IMG/VR virus record: IMGVR_UViG_3300010392_000224
Reading direction: 5' to 3' (one strand)
Origin: a virus
DNA: 48,061 nt
A program made the translations under genes and the position numbers. The number at the start of each line of letters is the position of its first letter. Positions within the stretch are counted from its first letter, which is position 1. This document shows positions 15,276 through 21,194 of this stretch, piece by piece. The notes under the pieces were generated by a model. The model was not told the origin of the DNA. It was given only the letters and a program-made list of their open reading frames with translations, and searched no databases.

Positions 15276-15777
15276 TGTGTATCTCCTTGTCACTCATATG
15301 ATTAGTAACTTTCTCTTTAAACTTCAGAGCATAGTAGATGTACTTGGTAGCCATACGTGCAGCCAATACTAACATCAAGGTCATGGCTACGTATGCGCTA
15401 GCCGGTGCTGTTACTTCTGCTGCTTTAGATACCCATGTAATGATACCTAAGCCTTCATCAAACCACCGCGCGCATGCCATTAACCACCACACCGCTGACA
15501 TGACACATGACACCCCCCCAGCGGAGGTGAATAGCTTTTCAGGTATTTTTATTCTTTCACCGAAGAAAGTACAGTACGTGCTATGGTAACCACTAGGAAG
15601 ACGATATGAATTAAAATCCCAGAACCAGTCATTAAAGCGACGACTGTCGCGGTAATCTGGTATCGCCCCAGCAATGCAGGGTATTACCAAAAAGAATATT
15701 AATAAGAAAAGCGGTGGTATTACACCTATATAGGTGAGCACTGACACGTTAAACCAATAGCCAATCAAGTCAATCAT
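15268..15777 (-). CDS. Multi-pass membrane protein, paralog 1
   Basis: It starts MIDLIGYWF in an identical AATGATTGA overlap with the upstream mini-ORF and has several hydrophobic segments. Confidence 0.75.
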   Translation of the reverse strand: MIDLIGYWFNVSVLTYIGVIPPLFLLIFFLVIPCIAGAIPDYRDSRRFNDWFWDFNSYRLPSGYHSTYCTFFGERIKIPEKLFTSAGGVSCVMSAVWWLMACARWFDEGLGIITWVSKAAEVTAPASAYVAMTLMLVLAARMATKYIYYALKFKEKVTNHMSDKEIHND

Positions 15778-15880
15778 TATCTTTATCCTTGTACATTAGG
15801 TTGTTAATTGCAAGGGTTAGGGTGGCAGTACCTATGAGTACTATCACCAGTATTGTACTAAATAAAACAAACTCCCACAT
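15770..15880 (-). CDS. 36-aa single-TM peptide (not in ORF track)
   Basis: Hand translation gives MWEFVLFSTILVIVLIGTATLTLAINNLMYKDKDND. Its ATG overlaps the endolysin stop (TGATG). It ends in ND-stop in the same AATGATTGA junction as paralog 1. Confidence 0.4.
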   Translation of the reverse strand: MWEFVLFSTILVIVLIGTATLTLAINNLMYKDKDND

Positions 15881-16356
15881 CACGGTCTCCTGTAGAACAC
15901 ATGCCGCTGGTGTGTGAACACATGAACAAGGACACTGCTCCACCGTGGAGATACATACACGGCATGGAAGTTAAGTAACTCAGTAGCATGTGGCACGCTT
16001 AGGTTTGTTTGGTAGTAGATGAATGAGTATGCTATCAGGTACGCCAGTACATAAGCACCCCTGTCATACGGGTGATCAACTCTACCATCCTGTGTCCAAC
16101 TGAACTGACGGTGCTGCCTTACCACACCACACACGGTGTCCGGGTATGCACTGTGGAAAACCCTGTTCATCGTCACCTGTGCTACTAGCTCTTGGCCTAG
16201 CATGTCCTCACCACGTGCCTCGTGGTAGATGTTAAGTGCAAGGCACTGTACATCAGTCAAATCCTGCGTGAGTACATCACGTATGTACTGATCAGGAACA
16301 GACAGAGCAGCAACGTGCGTGCTGACCAGCATTAATAATGTGAGTATAAACTTCAT
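15880..16356 (-). CDS. SleB/Hydrolase_2-type cell wall hydrolase (endolysin) with N-terminal signal or SAR-like segment
   Basis: It has a hydrophobic N-terminus (MKFILTLLMLVSTHVAALS) followed by CLALNIYHEARGEDMLGQELVAQVTMNRV...PDTVCGVV..HRQFSW, matching the SleB-type motif pattern. Confidence 0.85.
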   Translation of the reverse strand: MKFILTLLMLVSTHVAALSVPDQYIRDVLTQDLTDVQCLALNIYHEARGEDMLGQELVAQVTMNRVFHSAYPDTVCGVVRQHRQFSWTQDGRVDHPYDRGAYVLAYLIAYSFIYYQTNLSVPHATELLNFHAVYVSPRWSSVLVHVFTHQRHVFYRRP

Positions 16357-16671
16357 CTATTTTATCCCGTGTCGTGTTACCATGCGGTGCCATTCAAGAT
16401 TCAATGGTTCCCAGTAAGAGATGCCCCGCTGCTCGTGTCGCCAGCTGAAGCTGTTAATCGCATTAGCATATCCATAGTGTAGGATGATGCCATGCAAATC
16501 TGCCTTAGGTAAGCCGTGCGCTGTGGCGTGCTCATTACTAAGGCTCCCTACATAAACAATGTGTGCCCTAAGAACAGATGACGCAGTTGTTCCTCTGGCC
16601 GCGAGAAATTTATAAAGAACGCGACGAGCAGTGAGCTGCTGCTTCTCTGTCATATCTGCATACCTAATCAT
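16357..16671 (-). CDS. Tandem paralog family member 4 (104 aa)
   Basis: It begins MIRYADMTEKQQ..R..YKFLAARG and ends SFSWRHEQRGISYWEPLNLEWHRMVTRHGIK. Confidence 0.7.
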   Translation of the reverse strand: MIRYADMTEKQQLTARRVLYKFLAARGTTASSVLRAHIVYVGSLSNEHATAHGLPKADLHGIILHYGYANAINSFSWRHEQRGISYWEPLNLEWHRMVTRHGIK

Positions 16672-16958
16672 TGGATGCCTACCTTAACACACATACTGCG
16701 CCAGCCAGCACTGATGTCACCCAGCGAATAGTATCGTAGAGGGGGCACTTGTTTATAGGTACCCCAGAAAAATGCGCACTGTACCCAATTACTAACAGAA
16801 GTCCTGAGTAAGAAAGCTTCCATATCTGTCCCGGCGTTGGCTCTGGTGCAGCGGTCGAATGTCTCGATGTGTACACCCCTTCTACGTAGATAATCCCAGA
16901 ATAACATGCGCACTGCACGCTGTTGCTTATCATTCATGTCCCGATATTTAACAGTCAT
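16668..16958 (-). CDS. Tandem paralog family member 3 (96 aa, most divergent)
   Basis: It begins MTVKYRDMNDKQQRAVRMLFWDYLRRRG and ends AGWRSMCVKVGIQ. It has ATGA-type overlaps with both neighbours. Confidence 0.65.
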   Translation of the reverse strand: MTVKYRDMNDKQQRAVRMLFWDYLRRRGVHIETFDRCTRANAGTDMEAFLLRTSVSNWVQCAFFWGTYKQVPPLRYYSLGDISAGWRSMCVKVGIQ

Positions 16959-17281
16959 GCTATACCCCTGCTTCTACACAGCTTCTCCCACTCATCGTGG
17001 ATCTCACTCCAGAACGCGTGGCCCTCCGGCGTATCATCCCATATGAATGCAGTATCTATTACAGAACTAAGCCTGCCACCAGAGTACCTCAAGTACCGTA
17101 CACCAAGCAGGTACTGAGCGATAGATTCTGGTGGTGTGAATTCTCTTTCACGTGATACATGAGCTGCTCTCATGGTACTCAAGAAGTGGGGAGGACTCAC
17201 ACCCCTACTCTTAAGGAATGTATCGAATGCAGCAAGACACAAAGCCCTCGATGTCGCAGGCATTTCAGAAAATAATAACAT
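16955..17281 (-). CDS. Tandem paralog family member 2 (108 aa)
   Basis: It contains FDTFLKSRGV and ends AFIWDDTPEGHAFWSEIHDEWEKLCRSRGIA. Confidence 0.7.
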   Translation of the reverse strand: MLLFSEMPATSRALCLAAFDTFLKSRGVSPPHFLSTMRAAHVSREREFTPPESIAQYLLGVRYLRYSGGRLSSVIDTAFIWDDTPEGHAFWSEIHDEWEKLCRSRGIA

Positions 17282-17282
17282 G

Positions 17283-17624
17283 CTATTCTATCCCCGCTTG
17301 TATACATATCCGGGCCCACTCATTGTGGAGTTCGTGCCAGTATGCGTTGCCATGCTCTGTATTGGCCCACGCAAACGCATCATTAATAATTTGTCTGATG
17401 TATTGGATGCCGTCACGATAAGGCGCCAACTCTAGCTGCCGCCACTGCTCATCGAGCTGTATTAAACTCCGAACGGGGCGATTGTTGGTCAGTCCGAGAT
17501 CAACTAAATAGTTGCAGGAGTTAGCGAAGAATACACGCTCGATCCCTTTCTTTTTCAAGAAATCTCTGAAAGAAAGTCTTACCCTAAGCTTGGCCGCGGG
17601 GGGTAGGTCACCATACCGTACCAT
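17283..17624 (-). CDS. Tandem paralog family member 1 (113 aa)
   Basis: It begins MVRYGDLPPAAKLRVRLSFRDFLKKKGI and ends AFAWANTEHGNAYWHELHNEWARICIQAGIE. Confidence 0.7.
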   Translation of the reverse strand: MVRYGDLPPAAKLRVRLSFRDFLKKKGIERVFFANSCNYLVDLGLTNNRPVRSLIQLDEQWRQLELAPYRDGIQYIRQIINDAFAWANTEHGNAYWHELHNEWARICIQAGIE

Positions 17625-17633
17625 ACTGCCCCC

Positions 17634-17759
17634 TTAATCTAAGTAGTTGTTGTAGATTATTACATCCACGCTGTACTGTGTACCACTAGCTGTACTCACA
17701 CAGCTGTCAACTAAGTGAGCACACCAATGATGGAACAATAATTTTGCTGCAAGTTTCAT
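17634..17759 (-). CDS. Possible 41-aa ORF (not in ORF track)
   Basis: Hand translation gives MKLAAKLLFHHWCAHLVDSCVSTASGTQYSVDVIIYNNYLD. Its ATG overlaps the upstream stop (ATGA). Confidence 0.3.
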   Translation of the reverse strand: MKLAAKLLFHHWCAHLVDSCVSTASGTQYSVDVIIYNNYLD

Positions 17760-18001
17760 AACGTTACGATCCTTAGTCCTTCACCACGTATCGTAGAGGC
17801 TGTCTTACCAGTGCCTGCCCAGCAGTTGGCGCGGTAAGCAAGGTACCAGTTGCTAGTCTCGTACTGACCCCACACAGTGAGCAACACATTCTCGCCAGCG
17901 GCAGCCATGGCCCTGCGTACCTCCATTGCTTTCTTCGGAGAGCTGAACTTAATGACTACCTTACCACGTAGTGGGACGAAGTTGATTGATGAAAGGTCCA
18001 C
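17756..18001 (-). CDS. Hypothetical protein (81 aa)
   Basis: Packed 1 nt after the upstream stop. No motif. Confidence 0.6.
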   Translation of the reverse strand: MDLSSINFVPLRGKVVIKFSSPKKAMEVRRAMAAAGENVLLTVWGQYETSNWYLAYRANCWAGTGKTASTIRGEGLRIVTL

Positions 18002-18002
18002 G

Positions 18003-18200
18003 TTAGCGGACCGCTACAAGCTCAGCACCCATCTTACGTGCACGACTACCACGTGTAGCACGGAGGCACTTGAAGATGTCACCACTTGGTGTGACGTACC
18101 AGTTACGCCGCGACTTATGCTGCTGAGTTACTTCAACAACATCAGGTGTAACATTTATACGCTGCCCATTTACTACTACAAAATCAATCATTGCTTTCAT
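18003..18200 (-). CDS. Hypothetical basic protein (65 aa)
   Basis: Overlaps the upstream gene by 17 nt. No motif. Confidence 0.55.
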   Translation of the reverse strand: MKAMIDFVVVNGQRINVTPDVVEVTQQHKSRRNWYVTPSGDIFKCLRATRGSRARKMGAELVAVR

Positions 18201-18417
18201 GATTAGGTTCCTCGTTCGTTAGTGTTACTGAGTCTACTAAGGGTTCCAAGGCATCACAACCGACCTGACTAATCAGGATTCCATAAAACCAAAACACCTT
18301 AGCGTACCCAGATAGGTAGTTAACGGATACCACCATGCCGACTGCGTCGCCGTGTCTAACAAGTACTCCGGGCTTCAATTCGAGACGTGGCTTAGTGTTA
18401 ATTGTTATCTTAGCCAC
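18184..18417 (-). CDS. Hypothetical protein (77 aa)
   Basis: GTG start, preceded by a GGGGCGG purine run. Confidence 0.55.
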   Translation of the reverse strand: MAKITINTKPRLELKPGVLVRHGDAVGMVVSVNYLSGYAKVFWFYGILISQVGCDALEPLVDSVTLTNEEPNHESND

Positions 18418-18420
18418 GAG

Positions 18421-18588
18421 CTACCGCCCCTGTGCTTGTCGGTGGGCTGCTCGTATATCAGCAGAGAACTGCTTCAACTGACGCTCAGTATATGGGCCTT
18501 GCTTCAGCTCATACCCTGTCACGTTACGTGCAATAGCTAATGCCTTAGCTGTACGTGGATCTAAGTTTTCTTCCCAGTTAGTGTTCAT
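18421..18588 (-). CDS. 55-aa ORF (not in ORF track)
   Basis: Hand translation gives MNTNWEENLDPRTAKALAIARNVTGYELKQGPYTERQLKQFSADIRAAHRQAQGR. It fills the gap between two called ORFs and its start overlaps the upstream gene end by 11 nt. Confidence 0.45.
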   Translation of the reverse strand: MNTNWEENLDPRTAKALAIARNVTGYELKQGPYTERQLKQFSADIRAAHRQAQGR

Positions 18589-18775
18589 CGCTTGGTTCCT
18601 CCACCAATTGTCTTAGTTTTGCATGAACTGCGTCACAGAAATCAGAGAAATCCTCTTCCTCACGCAGATCAGCACCTGTTGCTAGCTTTGTGTACTCACA
18701 TGCAGTATCAACAACACTAGCAAACACATCATTCAAACGCACGAAGTCAGCGTTACTTATTGCTTTGTTACTCAT
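18578..18775 (-). CDS. Hypothetical acidic protein (65 aa; start MSNKAISN)
   Basis: The internal ATG at 18775 overlaps the stop of the upstream 56-aa ORF (ATGAGTAA). The longer track form (to 18838) would overlap that ORF. Confidence 0.55.
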   Translation of the reverse strand: MSNKAISNADFVRLNDVFASVVDTACEYTKLATGADLREEEDFSDFCDAVHAKLRQLVEEPSDEH

Positions 18776-18938
18776 CGCTGCCACCGTCAGTGTTGAGCAC
18801 AGCATAATTGCCATGAGATTTACTGTGCTTAAGATCAAGCACTACCTTTTTACCCTGCTCCTTAAGACTACGCGCCGCATGTATTGAGCGATCAGCGGAG
18901 CCAGTAAGGCGCATCGGATATATGATTGTTGCTGCCAT
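18768..18938 (-). CDS. 56-aa ORF (not in ORF track)
   Basis: Hand translation gives MAATIIYPMRLTGSADRSIHAARSLKEQGKKVVLDLKHSKSHGNYAVLNTDGGSDE. Its start overlaps the upstream stop as TAATG. Confidence 0.45.
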   Translation of the reverse strand: MAATIIYPMRLTGSADRSIHAARSLKEQGKKVVLDLKHSKSHGNYAVLNTDGGSDE

Positions 18939-19135
18939 TAGTAATACTCCTTCGCCATCTTATCAGCATAAGATCGCATGTCAGCATGGTATGTACGTTG
19001 CGCTGTGTCTTCAATCTTACACGTAGCACCAGCATACATACTGTGAGACAAGCGTGTTGCTTGTGCATGACTGTCACAACTGTGACGTATAACGTTACCA
19101 TCAGGTACGTATACAACTAAGGTTACATTACTCAT
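18938..19135 (-). CDS. Hypothetical protein (65 aa)
   Basis: The preferred frame of two overlapping candidates, chosen because of the coupled junction with the next ORF. Confidence 0.5.
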   Translation of the reverse strand: MSNVTLVVYVPDGNVIRHSCDSHAQATRLSHSMYAGATCKIEDTAQRTYHADMRSYADKMAKEYY

Positions 19136-19200
19136 GTCGTGCCCTCCTCGTACTAGTGCACATAATAAAGGGCACCCTTGAGGTACCCTTGATATGCAAA

Positions 19201-19731
19201 CTACGCAGCTACGTGCAGGTCAGCGGTCAGACTGGCAATGAACTGTTCCAGATTGACATGGCCTTCGCTTGCTTCACGCTTAAGCTTGGCAACAACTGAC
19301 TTGCGGTACTTCTCTGGATCAAACACGGCCTGCTCTGTGTCTGTCTTCTCAAAGAAGGGAGTACCCGCCGCCGCTGTTAAGATAGCCAACGGCTCGCCCT
19401 CGGTTTCACCATTCTTCTTCCAGCCACCGTTCCCACCGTACGCCTTCTTATCCCACTGCACACGGATATGGCTGGTCACCCAGTACTTCAACGAGTTACC
19501 ACGTGCACTACGTGGCATGGCGTGGCACAGCTCGGTGAGTACAGTCAAATCACCACCATCATTCACGCGCTCGCCTTCGCCATTCACACCCAGATAGTGC
19601 GCAATACCTGACACAGCAACACGATGTATGTCTTCATCCAGCTTCTTACCAGCACGCTTAATGTATGTGATGCGGGTTTGACTGGCTTTTAAATCAAGGA
19701 TTTCAATAGTCATAATAGACCCCTTATTCAT
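19201..19731 (-). CDS. Hypothetical protein (170-176 aa), first sizeable gene of the leftward arm
   Basis: The likely start is the ATG at 19713 (MTIEILDL), which has AAGGGG 7 nt upstream. No motif recognised. Confidence 0.7.
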   Translation of the reverse strand: MNKGSIMTIEILDLKASQTRITYIKRAGKKLDEDIHRVAVSGIAHYLGVNGEGERVNDGGDLTVLTELCHAMPRSARGNSLKYWVTSHIRVQWDKKAYGGNGGWKKNGETEGEPLAILTAAAGTPFFEKTDTEQAVFDPEKYRKSVVAKLKREASEGHVNLEQFIASLTADLHVAA

Positions 19732-19780
19732 TCCGGTTTAAGTGTATACTGCCAATCAATACACACTATGAACAGGAATA

Positions 19781-19821
19781 AAAGCCGCCCACCTAACAGT
19801 GCTAACGGCTTTCTATTTTTT
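19781..19821. terminator. Hairpin with flanking T/A runs (possible bidirectional terminator)
   Basis: AAAGCCG (19781-19787) pairs with CGGCTTT (19806-19812), with an 18-nt loop. It is followed by CTATTTTTT on the plus strand and CGGCTTTTATT on the minus strand. It lies 15-20 nt downstream of the 19836..20093 ORF stop. Confidence 0.4.
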
Positions 19822-19835
19822 CTCACGCCAACCAA

Positions 19836-20093
19836 CTAAGACAGGTTGCTAATCTGTTTTTCGTAGAACGCACCATACCCACCGCGAAGCAGTGTATAGC
19901 GAATCAAACTATAGTCGGAAATGCTGGAATTATTTTGAACTAGCAGGTTCTCTGCTGGGGTCTCTGTTGTGTACCCGCCGCCGTTACTGTCTAGCAGACC
20001 GTGCCCCAGTGTACTGGCTACGGCTTCGGAAATAGTCGACACCCTTGAGCTTTCACGGTCCTCAACCACTGTTAGGCAGCTTTGGCCGTACAT
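19836..20093 (-). CDS. Doubtful 85-aa ORF in the control region
   Basis: An open frame followed by the hairpin above, but with poor RBS spacing and no motif. It could instead be part of a non-coding transcript. Confidence 0.3.
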   Translation of the reverse strand: MYGQSCLTVVEDRESSRVSTISEAVASTLGHGLLDSNGGGYTTETPAENLLVQNNSSISDYSLIRYTLLRGGYGAFYEKQISNLS

Positions 20094-20322
20094 TCACCCA
20101 ATAAACCACCCTACCACCTCACGCACGTACACGCTTTGGATTCACATAGGGCTGGAAAGGCTCTATAACCTAGACATACTACTTTCGCCGGTATGTCAGC
20201 GGGGCGCACCTTATGGAAAGAACGGTGCTAAGTAGGCCGCGCTTGTTTATAGTCAGCGCCGCGACCCATACTAGAGACTAGGCAGTATTCTACCCGCTTG
20301 CCCGGAGCAACACGCATGGCGT

Positions 20323-20577
20323 GCTATCAGTGACAATGGTCACATTGAAGGAGCCTGATTGCAAGCCCCTTTGTGTAACCATTTGTTTTCCCTTGTCAGG
20401 GAATGTTACGATACGAACACGATATACCCGCTATCAGTAGTTCGCATAGAGGCTATCAGCCCCTCAGCTTTAGCACTGGCATAATGACCACAAGCCAAAG
20501 CCCACTCACGAAAAACAAACGTCCCCTTGTACATGGTGTAACACCTCCGGTGCGGTTGCCTGTTTACAGGCTATCAG
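20323..20577 (+). repeat. Four same-orientation copies of GCTATCAG (iteron-like)
   Basis: Copies lie at 20323-20330, 20430-20437, 20452-20459 and 20570-20577, spaced 107, 22 and 118 bp apart. Confidence 0.75.
20406..20534 (-). CDS. Possible 42-aa ORF with strong Shine-Dalgarno (not in ORF track)
   Basis: Hand translation gives MYKGTFVFREWALACGHYASAKAEGLIASMRTTDSGYIVFVS. GGAGGT lies 8 nt upstream of the ATG. Two GCTATCAG copies fall inside it in different codon phases. Confidence 0.3.
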   Translation of the reverse strand: MYKGTFVFREWALACGHYASAKAEGLIASMRTTDSGYIVFVS

Positions 20578-20692
20578 TTGAACACAGCGAAACTATTGCA
20601 GGCCCCGTGCCAAGTTTTGAAAAGATCAATAGAATCAAGGAGTTAGGGCATACCCATGTATATATAACCAGTATTTTAACAGTGTACTGAAA

Positions 20693-20749
20693 GTGTTACT
20701 TGTTACGATGGGTAACACCTTGATGAGTAGTACAGTAACACGGTAACAA
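20693..20749. promoter_or_regulatory. Cluster of GTGTTAC / GTAACAC inverted and direct repeats
   Basis: GTGTTAC (20693-20699) and GTAACAC (20712-20718) form a 7-bp inverted repeat with a 12-bp spacer. Further copies are GTAACAC (20735-20741) and GTAACAA (20743-20749). The related palindrome GGTGT-A-ACACC lies at 20535-20545. Confidence 0.45.
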
Positions 20750-20925
20750 AACAGGGTCTTACTACCATACTATGACAGTAATGTATATAGATAGGCGGAA
20801 TATTTACTAAGTACTTGTAAACACTGGGGTTTATATAAACAGATATGCTTATAAAGGAGTGGGGATATAGTAGTGGATGTAATACAACATCAATCAACGA
20901 TGATCTAATAGATAGAAGAATGATC

Positions 20926-20941
20926 ATAGATAGATAGATAG
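20926..20941. repeat. (ATAG)4 tetranucleotide repeat inside a purine-rich, GATC-dense tract
   Basis: ATAGATAGATAGATAG was read directly. Five GATC sites lie at 20902, 20922, 20961, 20980 and 20986. Confidence 0.85.
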
Positions 20942-21051
20942 AAGCAAGGTAATGAATCAAGATCGAAAAAAGAGTCATAGATCAAGATCAAGAAAAGAAG
21001 GGGATAGGGGGGATGTCATCTTTTTTATTACCTTATGCACTTCAGCTTAAA

Positions 21052-21068
21052 AATTTCTACTAGAAATT
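21052..21068. promoter_or_regulatory. Perfect 17-bp palindrome (operator-like)
   Basis: AATTTCTA-C-TAGAAATT has 8-bp arms and ends 22 bp upstream of the -35 element at 21091. Confidence 0.5.
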
Positions 21069-21090
21069 CTGACATTTACATAAATAAGTA

Positions 21091-21119
21091 TTGACTTTTG
21101 ATTAAAAATATGCTAAACT
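21091..21119 (+). promoter_or_regulatory. Sigma70-type promoter facing the structural (late) arm
   Basis: TTGACT (21091-21096), a 17-nt spacer ending in TGc (extended -10), then TAAACT (21114-21119). Confidence 0.55.
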
Positions 21120-21125
21120 AAACAA

Positions 21126-21194
21126 AAAGGTTTATGTATTTAAAAGATACTAAACATAAACCCCTAAGGGTTAGATAACCTTTTTATTTATTTT
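21126..21194 (+). ncRNA. Candidate short terminated leader transcript (about 60-70 nt)
   Basis: Downstream of the promoter is a 9-bp stem, GGTTTATGT (21129-21137) / ACATAAACC (21154-21162). An alternative hairpin is AACCC-CTAA-GGGTT (21159-21172). A terminator-like stem (21166-21172 / 21177-21183) is followed by TTATTTATTTT. Confidence 0.3.

Noticed and set aside
19165-19195. Direct repeat ACCCTTGA x2 and a short AAGG/CCTT hairpin after the 19201..19731 gene as a terminator.
   Set aside because: The stem is only 4 bp and the U-run is weak. It is probably just an intergenic spacer with the RBS (GAGGAGGG) of the next ORF.
20101-20125. G-rich minus-strand run GAGGTGGTAGGGTGGTTTATTGGGTG as a G-quadruplex.
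   Set aside because: The G-tracts are mostly only two bases long and irregular, which is not enough for a confident G4 call.
19969-20690. Plus-strand ORFs 19969-20235 (88 aa) and 20403-20690 (95 aa).
   Set aside because: Both are Pro/Ser/Thr/Arg-rich and have no RBS. No plus-strand promoter context is present. The repeated GCTATCAG motif falls in different phases, pointing to a nucleotide-level rather than protein-level signal.
20703-20978. A 91-aa minus-strand ORF in the AT-rich control region.
   Set aside because: It is a translation of the pyrimidine-rich complement of a low-complexity purine tract (Ile/Leu/Ser/Tyr runs). It has no RBS and overlaps repeats and GATC clusters that look regulatory.
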